A DNA stretch of 64,000 bases from contig CAVUKA010000005.1 in NCBI GenBank assembly GCA_963741945.1, positions 288,001 to 352,000 of the forward strand. The letters are read 5' to 3'. The notes under the pieces are model-generated. The model was not told where the DNA came from, made no database searches, and was given only the letters and a program-made list of their open reading frames with translations. The position numbers and the translations under genes were made by a program. This DNA comes from an uncultured Gemmatimonadales bacterium (lineage in GTDB: Bacteria; Gemmatimonadota; Gemmatimonadetes; Longimicrobiales; RSA9). This document shows positions 47,223-55,777 of the stretch, piece after piece (the stretch's first letter is position 1; the number at the start of each line of letters is the position of its first letter).

Positions 47223-48307
47223 AGGCTTTCGTACGCGTCCAGCATGGACTCCAGCGAGAACCGGTCCCGGACCGTGCGCTGCGCCCGCACGGCCAGCTGC
47301 GCAGCCCACTCCGGATCTTCCGCGCACCGCCGCAGCCCCGCGGCCAGCGACTCGGGGGAGCCGGGAGCGACCAGCACTCCGTCCTGCCCGTCCGTGATGA
47401 TCCCTTCGGGACCGCCCGACCGCGTCGCCACAACGGGGGTTCCGGCCGCCATGGCCTGAATGGCGGCGATGGAGAAGCCCTCCGTGCTCGAGCTGATGGC
47501 GAGGACGTCGAACGCCGCCAGGATCTCGGGAACATCCTCCCGGAAGCCCCAGAACGAAACGCGATCCTCGAGACCGAGCTGGCTGCGGAGAGCCAGCAGC
47601 TCTCCGTACAGCGGCTCCGTCCGCTCTCCCACGATGGCGAAGCGGAGACGCGGGTCGTCGCGGAGGATCGCGGCCGCCCGCAGGAGCGTGGCGTAGTCCT
47701 TCGCCGGACGCACGTTCCCAAGTGCCCCCACCAACACCGCACCTACCGGCACGCCATGCTCGCGCCGCACCACTTCGCCGTCGGCGCTGCCGAACGCGCG
47801 CATGTCCACGCCGTTGTGGATCACGCGCGCCCGATTCGCGGGGACCAGCCCCGTCCGTGCCAGCTCCCGGCCGAGTGATTCGGATACGCAGACCACTCGC
47901 GCCGCCCGCGCCAGGAGCCGGAAGCGGAGCCTGCGACCGAAGCTGCCGGCATCGATGTCGGAATTGCCGTGGAACGTGGCCGCCACGGGCGTCCCCGTCC
48001 AGAGGCCGACAGCGCTGGTGTAGACGGCGGGGCTGAACAGGTGCGCCTGGATCAGGCGGATGTCGTGGCGCCGGACCAAGGCCGCCATGGTACGGGCGTA
48101 CCGCACGTCCAGGCGGCCTTCCGTCGGCAACAGGTCCACGGGGAGATCCAGCTCCCGCACCCGGTCCAGCACCCACCCCCTTCCAACCACCGCCATCCTC
48201 GGCTTCCACCCCCGACCACGCAGCCCATCGGCCAGCTGCAGGAACACGGTCTCCGCACCCCCGGGCCCCGTGGTGTCGATGACGTGGAGAACGGGCGTGT
48301 CCGTCAT
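47144..48307 (-). CDS. Glycosyltransferase family 4
   Basis: LHVIDTTGPGGAE, IHNGVD, PAKDY, SSSTEGFSIAAIQAMAAG, ATRSGG; 79-bp convergent overlap with the sulfotransferase. Confidence 0.9.
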   Translation of the reverse strand: MTDTPVLHVIDTTGPGGAETVFLQLADGLRGRGWKPRMAVVGRGWVLDRVRELDLPVDLLPTEGRLDVRYARTMAALVRRHDIRLIQAHLFSPAVYTSAVGLWTGTPVAATFHGNSDIDAGSFGRRLRFRLLARAARVVCVSESLGRELARTGLVPANRARVIHNGVDMRAFGSADGEVVRREHGVPVGAVLVGALGNVRPAKDYATLLRAAAILRDDPRLRFAIVGERTEPLYGELLALRSQLGLEDRVSFWGFREDVPEILAAFDVLAISSSTEGFSIAAIQAMAAGTPVVATRSGGPEGIITDGQDGVLVAPGSPESLAAGLRRCAEDPEWAAQLAVRAQRTVRDRFSLESMLDAYESLYDELLAPRSSHASSTPGTSAASSST

Positions 48308-49641
48308 CCCGCCGCGGCTCGCCCCAGCACCGGCGCTCCACCGGTCACCATCTGCGGGGCCCCGCCCCGACGCACCGCCGCCAGGTAGCGCCGGCGGTGC
48401 CCACTGACCGCCGCATGCAGCGAAACGGTCATGGCCAGGTTGATCCAGAAGAACGGGTAGTACAGCACGGTGACGAAGAACCCGCTGGCCATGTACCCGA
48501 TGAGCGCACCATCCAGGCCGTACGCCATGTGCCGCATGAAGGACGTGTACGTGGGCACGCTGCCCAATAATCTTCGCGTGTCGAAATTGACCCAGAACGT
48601 GGCGGCGATGAGCGCCAGGAATCCCAGCAGCCCCGTATACCCCAGCTCCGCCCACGCCTGGATGAAGATGTTGTGCGGCAGGTGACCGTCGAAGTACGTC
48701 CCCCAGTTGTTGTAGCCGATCCCCAGGACCGGATACTCGTTGGCGATCTCCACGCCGTCCTTCCACCGGTCCAGCCGCGCCACCGACGTCTTGTCCTCGC
48801 CCGCCGCGTTGAAGCGCGCCTTCTGCTCCGGCGGCACAATGGCCCACGTGACGGCCGCGAGCAGCACGATGGCCGTCAGCCCTCGCACCCGGTGCTTCGA
48901 ACGCGCCACCCACCACATCCCCACCACCCCCGCCCCCACCAGCGCGCCCCTCGATGACGAGGCCACGATGCTGATGATCGCCGTGAACGGGAGGAAATAG
49001 AAGAAGAGCCGCGTCCAGCGCCCCCAGTGCGGCCGCAGGGCCAAGATGAACTCGACCACCAGCGGCAGGAAGACGCACATCTGGATCCCGAACTCCCCCG
49101 AGTTCTGGAACCAACCGGGCGCCCCCGTCGCCCCCCAGCTGACGAAGCTTCCCCCGCTCAGCACCCAGCCCTGGAAGCCGTGCTGCGACATCTTGAAGGA
49201 GTACAACAGGAACGCCAGCATCAACACGAAGAAGCGCTTCTCCGTGTTGATGATGTTCGTGATCAGCAGATAGATCAGCACCCACGAGTAGTACAGTTGG
49301 AACTGGGCGTAAGACGCCGCCGGACTGTACGCGGTGATGGCGGACAGGAGAACGATCACCGAGAACGCCAGGAGCAGCGGCCCCGCGATCGTGTGCAGCC
49401 TGGGCAGCTTGCCTTCGAACAGGAGCACGATGGTGGCCAGGATTAGCGTGGTCTGACCCCACGGCAGGACATCGAGGGCGGGCCAGACCTGCTGCGGCCG
49501 GACGTACTCTATGAAGAGATAGAAGTTGATGAGCCAGAACGATGCCGGCTGCGTCAACAGGTACCGCCAGATGGACCGGACGTTCACGCGGAAGAGCGCG
49601 GGTACCGGCTGCTGCCGCTCTTGAGTCGCTGCGGAGGCCAT
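48304..49641 (-). CDS. O-antigen ligase / Wzy-like polymerase (PEP-CTERM-associated type)
   Basis: Many TM segments; EYVRPQ, SSSRGALV, RLDRW, PVLGIG, PHNIFIQAWAELGYTG. Confidence 0.88.
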   Translation of the reverse strand: MASAATQERQQPVPALFRVNVRSIWRYLLTQPASFWLINFYLFIEYVRPQQVWPALDVLPWGQTTLILATIVLLFEGKLPRLHTIAGPLLLAFSVIVLLSAITAYSPAASYAQFQLYYSWVLIYLLITNIINTEKRFFVLMLAFLLYSFKMSQHGFQGWVLSGGSFVSWGATGAPGWFQNSGEFGIQMCVFLPLVVEFILALRPHWGRWTRLFFYFLPFTAIISIVASSSRGALVGAGVVGMWWVARSKHRVRGLTAIVLLAAVTWAIVPPEQKARFNAAGEDKTSVARLDRWKDGVEIANEYPVLGIGYNNWGTYFDGHLPHNIFIQAWAELGYTGLLGFLALIAATFWVNFDTRRLLGSVPTYTSFMRHMAYGLDGALIGYMASGFFVTVLYYPFFWINLAMTVSLHAAVSGHRRRYLAAVRRGGAPQMVTGGAPVLGRAAAG

Positions 49642-49655
49642 CGGTTACCCCCCGG

Positions 49656-51410
49656 TCAGCGGCCGCTCGCCGCTGACACCTCGCTCCCGGAGGCGTCCAC
49701 GGCCGTGATCCGTCCATCCACCAGCTCGATCACCAGGTCCGCCGTCTGCCTCAGCGCCGGCTGGTGCGATACCGCCAGGATCGTGACCTTCCCTTTCAGC
49801 CTGCGCAGTGTCTCCAGGATGCCCGCCTCGGTTCGGGTGTCGAGGCCCGTGGTCGCTTCGTCCAGCACCATCAGCGTGGGGCGCTTCACCAGCGCCCGCG
49901 CGATCGCAAGCCGCTGCCGCTGCCCCCCCGAAAGGTTGGAGCCCTGCGGGGAGATGAGCGCATCGATCCCGGCGGAGTTCCGCGCTACGAAATCCCACGC
50001 TCCCGCGTCGCGCAGCGCCTTCTCGACTCTCGCATCATCGATGGACTCATCCCCGAGGGTGATGTTGCGCCGGATCGTGTCATGGAAGAGGAACACTTCC
50101 TGCGGAACGTAGCCGATGCGGCTGCGCCAGGCGGTCAGATCCAGCTCCCCCAGGGCGATCCCGTCCACGAACACCTCACCGGCCTGCGGGCGCTGGAGCC
50201 CGGTGATCAGGTCCAGGATCGTGGTCTTCCCGCTTCCCGACTGACCGAGCAACGCCGTCATGCGCCCCGCCGGGATCACCATGTCCAGACCGTCCAACAC
50301 CTGAAGGTCATCGTAGGCGAAGTCCACCTGCTTCAGCTCGATCCGGTCCCGCAGACCGTCGATCCCCTTGTCGCCGGTGTGCGCTTCGGCCTCCCGCTCG
50401 GCCGCCTCGATCTGGTCCCGGAGCTGCCAGAACGCCCCCTCCCCGGTGGTCATCACCTGGTACTGCATCTGAAGGGTCCTGAAGTTCGTCATCAGGCGGT
50501 AGAAGATGAACGCCAGCACGATCACCGAGGAGAAGGAGCGGTCGGTCAGCATCAGGAGCCCGACCAGACCGGCCGTGAGGAACAGCGTGATGATCGGCTC
50601 CTGGAACAGGCGCAGCGATTCCGCGGCCACCACCCTCGCGCGCTGCGCCTCGTTCAGGCCCTGCGCCTCATCCTCCAGCAGGGGCCAGAACAGCTCCTCC
50701 CGCGCCATGGCCTTCATGGGCTTGATGCCCTGGAGGGCGTCCATGAGACGGCTCGTCAGGCTCCGCGTCAGCCGCGCCTGCTCCTTCCCCGCCGCCCGGC
50801 TCATGGCCACGAACCGCCGCAGCGCGATCACCAGCGTCACGCCCAGCACCAGCGCCACCACCGTCACCTGCCACGAGATGGCGGCCGAGATCAACAGGTA
50901 CACTGCGATCTGGGCAAACGACGCGATGACCGAGCACGCTTGCTGGTAGGCGGCAGCAGAGGCCACCGCCTCGCTGCTCACCCCAGCCGCGAACCGACCG
51001 ATCGGCTGGCTGCCGAAATAGTGCCAGCGGGCCCGGAGCACGGCGCGCACCAGCCGGAGCCTAAGGTCGAGCGTCACCCGCGCAACCGTGTAGCCCACTT
51101 CCCGCATCCCCAGCCAGATCAACACGGCCTTCAGCGTGATGGCCAGGACGATGAACGCGGCCAGCACCGGAAGGCTCGGCTGGAGCCCCAACGTGTGGAG
51201 ACCTTCCGCCATGAACTGACCAAGCCGCGAGTGCGGCCCCTGGCCGCGCCCGATGGCAACCTCCAGCAGAGGCAGCAACGCTACCACGCTGATCCCCTCT
51301 AGCATTCCCGCCAGGATCAGCAGCGCGATCATCACCGCGCTCCGAAGCTTGTACGCCCGGAAGAAGTAGAAGAAGAAGGACAGCCTTCCGTGGCGAGGCG
51401 TCTCCTCCAT
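49656..51410 (-). CDS. ABC exporter, fused permease-ATPase (MsbA/PglK-like candidate flippase)
   Basis: N-terminal TM domain; GQSGSGKTT, GYVPQE, LSGGQRQR, VLDEAT, VSH. Confidence 0.92.
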   Translation of the reverse strand: MEETPRHGRLSFFFYFFRAYKLRSAVMIALLILAGMLEGISVVALLPLLEVAIGRGQGPHSRLGQFMAEGLHTLGLQPSLPVLAAFIVLAITLKAVLIWLGMREVGYTVARVTLDLRLRLVRAVLRARWHYFGSQPIGRFAAGVSSEAVASAAAYQQACSVIASFAQIAVYLLISAAISWQVTVVALVLGVTLVIALRRFVAMSRAAGKEQARLTRSLTSRLMDALQGIKPMKAMAREELFWPLLEDEAQGLNEAQRARVVAAESLRLFQEPIITLFLTAGLVGLLMLTDRSFSSVIVLAFIFYRLMTNFRTLQMQYQVMTTGEGAFWQLRDQIEAAEREAEAHTGDKGIDGLRDRIELKQVDFAYDDLQVLDGLDMVIPAGRMTALLGQSGSGKTTILDLITGLQRPQAGEVFVDGIALGELDLTAWRSRIGYVPQEVFLFHDTIRRNITLGDESIDDARVEKALRDAGAWDFVARNSAGIDALISPQGSNLSGGQRQRLAIARALVKRPTLMVLDEATTGLDTRTEAGILETLRRLKGKVTILAVSHQPALRQTADLVIELVDGRITAVDASGSEVSAASGR

Positions 51411-52041
51411 GGTTCCTGCGGATTTCACGGTGGAAACAGTCACTCGCGCTCGTCGGCTTCAGGGGATGCGTAGTCGGCTTTGCGTATCGCCATAGTGCGA
51501 AACCGCGGAATCTTCACTGTTTCAACTTACCGCGCAGCAATGCCCAGCACCACCGGCCGACGGCATCGGCTCATGGCCGATGAGTCTCTTCGAATACCGC
51601 TGCGGAACACCCCAGCATGGATTGGATTGCAGAACGAGGGCCAGTATTCCATCTTTCAGCCTCCGCTGGCGCGCAGGGCTTCTCGCCGAGGTCGATCAAT
51701 GCACGTGATTGGTCGAGAATCCGCGTATGCCCATCGACTCCTGTTCAGGACCCATCAAGTCTGGAATGTGGTGCAATTGCCAACCGGCGGTTGCTGATCT
51801 CTTCCATGAACCCGCCCGGAGCTTTTGAGCCGCTTCCCAGTCCTAGTAGCCGGTGGTCTTCTCCCCAGAATTGAGTCCGGGCAGGGGCCCGTTTAGGAGC
51901 GTTATCTTCGCCTCGGACCCGGAGTCTCAGGAGAGTTGAAATGAGAAGGCCGCCCTCGGCTGGTCGCGGCGTCACCTAATATCAGGGCGCCAAGATGGTT
52001 GACCATTCACGGGCTCGAGGCCCAGATGCCGGAGGACGGCC

Positions 52042-53106
52042 ATGCTCACAGGTGTCGCGCTGTTTCCAAAGCTAACGATGGGGATGGACTTGGGCGATAG
52101 AGTCAGCCGGATCTGCGGGGTGGATGCCGGAGGGGACGTGGTCCGCGAGGAGTCGGTGGCGACGACGTGGCCGGCGGTGGAGGAGTACTTCGGCGCGCTA
52201 GGGGCATGCCGGGTGGTGATCGAGGTGGGCACGCATTCGCCGTGGGTGTGTTGGCTGCTGGAGCGGTTGGGGCATGAAGTGATCGTGGTGAATGCGGCGC
52301 TGGTGTACGGGAAGGGGCGGCGCAAGAAGCGCAATGACGCCATGGACGCGGAGTTTCTGGCGCGACAGGGGCGAGCGGACCCGAAGCTGCTACACCCGAT
52401 CCGCCACCGAGGGGTGCAGGCCCAGGAGCATCTGGCACTGATTCGGGCCCGGGATCAGCTGGTGTCGGCGCGAACGAAGCTGGTCAATCATGTGCGGGGA
52501 ACGGTGAAGCCGGTAGGGGGGCGCATCCAGGGGTGTTCGGCGGACGCGTTTGCCCGCAAGGCGGACAGCCAGATCCCGAGCGGACTGCGAGCGGCGCTGG
52601 CGCCGGTGCTTGAGATGATCGGAGCCCTGACGGCTCAGATTCGGGGCTACGACCGGGAGATCGAGCGTTTGGCCCGGGAGCGATACCCGGAGACCGCGCG
52701 ACTGCAGCAGGTTACGGGCGTGGGCCCGGTGACCTCGCTGGCCTACGTGCTCGTGGTGGAGGACGCCAACCGCTTCGACCGAAGCCGGGACGCGGGGGCG
52801 TACTTCGGACTGGTGCCGAAGCTGGACGAGAGTAGCGATTCGAGTCCGCAGCTGCGGATCACGAAAGCGGGAGACGAGCTCGGACGAAGACTCCTGGTGA
52901 ATGCGGCTCACTACATCCTGGGTCGCTTCGGACCGGACAGTGACTTACGCGCTCATGGGGAGCGGATCGCCGCCCGGGGAGGAAAGAACGCCAAGAAGCG
53001 AGCGGTGATTGCCGTGGCCAGAAAGCTCGCAGTCCTGCTCCACCACCTCTGGGTCACGGGGGTGAAGTATGACCCGCATTATTCCGCCCGGCGTAAGGCG
53101 GCGTAG
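52042..53106 (+). CDS. IS110-family DEDD transposase/recombinase
   Basis: GMDLG, VVIEVG, KRNDAMDAEFLAR (D-E-D-D); GVGPVT, AYFGLVP..ESS, RITKAG, KRAVIAVARKLAVLL. Confidence 0.95.
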   Translation: MLTGVALFPKLTMGMDLGDRVSRICGVDAGGDVVREESVATTWPAVEEYFGALGACRVVIEVGTHSPWVCWLLERLGHEVIVVNAALVYGKGRRKKRNDAMDAEFLARQGRADPKLLHPIRHRGVQAQEHLALIRARDQLVSARTKLVNHVRGTVKPVGGRIQGCSADAFARKADSQIPSGLRAALAPVLEMIGALTAQIRGYDREIERLARERYPETARLQQVTGVGPVTSLAYVLVVEDANRFDRSRDAGAYFGLVPKLDESSDSSPQLRITKAGDELGRRLLVNAAHYILGRFGPDSDLRAHGERIAARGGKNAKKRAVIAVARKLAVLLHHLWVTGVKYDPHYSARRKAA

Positions 53107-53365
53107 AACGAGTCCGTAGACGAGCACAGACAGGAGCATCAGCACTTCGCCCAGAGAAACCGCGTCCCTGAGACTGCGTTCCGCGCCTTGACCGTGAGAG
53201 GTCGCCGCAGAGTTGGCAGCTCAGGAGCGGGAAACGGACACCAGCTGGCACCGGTGCACCCGAGCGTGCACCCTCGACGAGTGCGGATAGAAGGATGGTC
53301 CGATGGGCGAACGCAGGGCCGGTCGAGGACCGGCTGGGGCCACCACGTTGGCCCTTGACAGACAA
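53107..53365 (+). ncRNA. Putative bridge RNA / seekRNA of the IS1111-type element
   Basis: 3' non-coding region; stem CCTGAG(A)CTGC/GCAGCTCAGG encloses an internal loop with TCCGCGCCTT, the reverse complement of the right flank. Boundaries approximate. Confidence 0.65.
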
Positions 53366-53395
53366 GGCCTTCTCATAGAAGGCGCGGAGCGGCCC

Positions 53396-53506
53396 ATGAG
53401 ACGGAGTCGATTTTCGGAAGGGCAGATCGCCATGGCATTGCGCCAGGCGGAGGCGGGTACGCCGGTGGCAGAGATCTCCCGGAAGCTCGAGATCTCCGAG
53501 ACCACC
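53396..53506 (+). pseudogene. Truncated IS3-family transposase orfA (HTH)
   Basis: MRRSRFSEGQIAMALRQAEAGTPVAEISRKLEISETT; similarity ends abruptly at the 3' end of the pyruvyl transferase gene. Confidence 0.85.
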
Positions 53507-53509
53507 CAG

Positions 53510-54370
53510 CTACGGTCCGCTCACTTGGCCAAATGGGCAAGCGGCAAGAAGAGCCGTAGCCGTCTGTGCGAGTGTTCGCTGGTCAGGAATGTCGACGTGA
53601 TGCGCCGCGGCAATCAAATCTTTTCCTTCCGAGACGGGGGTCGATCGGTGGGTCATGCCGAGGGATTCGTAATAATCCTGAAACTTGACGCCATCGCCAG
53701 ATAACCGATCGGTGACAATGATGTGCCGGGCTGGTATCCCGTAAGCATGTGCTATTATTACGCCATGCAGCGAACTGGAGACGACGCATTCACAACTGGT
53801 TACGGCCTCCACGAAATCGTTGATTGAATACCGCACATCAATCAGTATCAGCCCAGCAAGGCCACGGATCATCTCCCGGACATCTCGAATCTCCGTATAA
53901 TGCGGAACGACGCCCACCCGGCCAGAACGCATGGTGATGGTTGCTTCCAGGAACCGAGGCAGCAAGATCGCGGGATCACCAAATACTGAGGGGCACTCGA
54001 TGGCGAAATCTCGGTAGCGATCGAACGTCCGCGGCCCCCGTACAGCTCGGATTTCCTGAGGTTGCTCGAGGTAGGAATCCGACGACATGATTCCTGAACC
54101 CCAAATAATGGAATCCCATTGGGCGCGATTCGCGATACTCCCCGCCGTGAGGTAAACACTTCGTACTGACCACCTTGAAGGCCAGACGTTGACGGGTTGC
54201 CTGCCCGTCATCACCCCGAACAGATATGGTCCTACTTGATCGCCTACGTTCATAAAGCTGTACGGCTCAGACCAGTGCATTCGGTTCCCAGGGCTTCGGC
54301 GTACGCTATCCAGCGCAGCTCTAATCGCCGGCTTGGCTCGTCTCCGCAGCGCCGTCAGGTCGAGGCGCAT
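53510..54370 (-). CDS. Polysaccharide pyruvyl transferase family protein
   Basis: NVGD, GSI, IWGSG, AVRGPRT, GDPAILL, GVVPHY, SSSLHGVIIAHAYGIP, KFQDYY. Confidence 0.9.
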   Translation of the reverse strand: MRLDLTALRRRAKPAIRAALDSVRRSPGNRMHWSEPYSFMNVGDQVGPYLFGVMTGRQPVNVWPSRWSVRSVYLTAGSIANRAQWDSIIWGSGIMSSDSYLEQPQEIRAVRGPRTFDRYRDFAIECPSVFGDPAILLPRFLEATITMRSGRVGVVPHYTEIRDVREMIRGLAGLILIDVRYSINDFVEAVTSCECVVSSSLHGVIIAHAYGIPARHIIVTDRLSGDGVKFQDYYESLGMTHRSTPVSEGKDLIAAAHHVDIPDQRTLAQTATALLAACPFGQVSGP

Positions 54371-54476
54371 GGCAGAGCGGGTATGAGGTTTGCGCGGCGA
54401 CCCTTTGTCCGCGTATCCGACTGTGTCGGTCCTGGACGGTTCCGAACAGTGTCGCACCCACATCTTCGGAGCTGCA

Positions 54477-55505
54477 TCATTGACTCGGCCACCGCGCCGC
54501 CAGTGCAATCATCCAGGACGACCACGTGCGGCGCAGTCGCGAGGACCCTCCGATTCGGTCCGTTCGAATTCGTTTGAAGCCCCATTTGTCTTGCAATATC
54601 TCCTGAAAGCCACCGTTCCGGTACCGGAACTTAAAATACTCTTGCGGCTGTTCTGGAGCGGAAGGCCCTGCGTGCTCATGCACGGAATCCGGAGTGAAGG
54701 CTAGCCCCCAATCGGTATTCCGTCGGATTTGGAGCATGAAGTCAATGTGCTCGCCGCGGATCTTGAGTCGGTCGTCCCAGCGGACATCATCGAACAACTC
54801 GCGTCGGATCAGGAGGAAGTTGCGGCAATAATCGCACATCGAAAAGCGGACCCCCGCTGTCTCCTGCCATTCAACCCGCTCCAAGGCAAACGGGATCTTC
54901 CAAAGTGTACCACCAATCTGGTCCAAGCGCCCTTGTCCTGCGCTGACCTGCCCAGAACGTACACCGCGACCGCGATGGCGCTGAATTTCGAGGTCGGCCA
55001 CGGCTCCGATTTGTGGCCGTGCTTTCAACAAGGCTAACATACGGTCTACCGAAGTGTCGGGAGTGAAGACAAAGTCGTCGTCCATCCGAAGCACATACGG
55101 CTCATCGACATGAAGCAGAGCAGCGTTTCGCGCCGCAGAAGCACCCATGTCGAACGGCAGACGTATCACACTGTGCCCTGCCTTTTCAAGGTCTGCATAA
55201 AGGCGGTTCCGGTCGCCATCGTCTACCCCATCATCGACCACATAGATGCGGTAGTCTAGTTCGCCTGCGTTGACACCAATGGACTGCACCGTCTCGAATA
55301 GGCAGGGATTGCGCAGGAATGTCTTGATGAAAAGAGCCACCTCGGCCAAAGATGGCACCTCCTTTCTCAATCGGCCAAATTTTTTTTGCACTGCCAAACC
55401 GTATCCTACGGTGATCCTCAGAGCCCACGCAAGAAGGGGAATCAGCAGGATGTGCTCCGGGACTGTGCGTTGGCGTTTCTTCGAATTACATCTCCGTCCA
55501 AACAA
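54477..55505 (-). CDS. GT-A glycosyltransferase resembling B4GALNT (GT12-like)
   Basis: IKTFLR, VVDDG, LPFDMGASAARN, YVLRMDDDFVFT, NFLLIR, WDDRLK..EHIDF. Start uncertain. Confidence 0.8.
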   Translation of the reverse strand: MFGRRCNSKKRQRTVPEHILLIPLLAWALRITVGYGLAVQKKFGRLRKEVPSLAEVALFIKTFLRNPCLFETVQSIGVNAGELDYRIYVVDDGVDDGDRNRLYADLEKAGHSVIRLPFDMGASAARNAALLHVDEPYVLRMDDDFVFTPDTSVDRMLALLKARPQIGAVADLEIQRHRGRGVRSGQVSAGQGRLDQIGGTLWKIPFALERVEWQETAGVRFSMCDYCRNFLLIRRELFDDVRWDDRLKIRGEHIDFMLQIRRNTDWGLAFTPDSVHEHAGPSAPEQPQEYFKFRYRNGGFQEILQDKWGFKRIRTDRIGGSSRLRRTWSSWMIALAARWPSQ

Positions 55506-55777
55506 ATCTCACGGCGTTTCTGATAGATAAATATATCGCCAAACGGCAGTTCGGCACGCCGCCGCGCATTCTGAGCAACCTAACGTCTTATCCGAGCGGA
55601 GCCGCTCTGCAAGGCTTGAGCGAAAGAACCCGAGCGGCACCGGCGGCCGTTGTCGATAGGAGTTTGCCTTGCGGAGAGACTCCGACGCGCAAGGGTGAGC
55701 GCGCTTTGACCGCATTCCGAAAGCTGACGTAGAGCCCGACGGGCTGATAGATGCTTCCCGGGCTCGGGACCGGGACA

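Larger units (their letters stand above)
51932..53379 (+). mobile_element. IS110-family, IS1111-type insertion sequence
   Basis: Sub-terminal 11-bp IRs ATGAGAAGGCC (51941-51951) / GGCCTTCTCAT (53366-53376); AGA present at both ends (51932-34, 53377-79); long 3' non-coding region. Confidence 0.85.
51807..53506 (+). mobile_element. IS3-family remnant (candidate left end plus truncated orfA) interrupted by the IS110 element
   Basis: TG-starting IS3-like end candidates at 51807 (TGAACCCGCCCGG) and 51854 (TGGTCTTCTCCCCAGAATTGAGTCC); orfA fragment at 53396. Confidence 0.6.

Noticed and set aside
48308-49717. 857-aa fusion GT
   Set aside because: Alternative frame over the Wzy-like gene; the GT4 starts at 48307.
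51444-51800. Short ORFs upstream of the ABC exporter
   Set aside because: No motifs and atypical composition; treated as intergenic or degraded DNA.
53303-53704. 133-aa ORF as an intact transposase
   Set aside because: Only 37 codons are IS3-like; the rest is IS1111 end sequence and antisense of the pyruvyl transferase.
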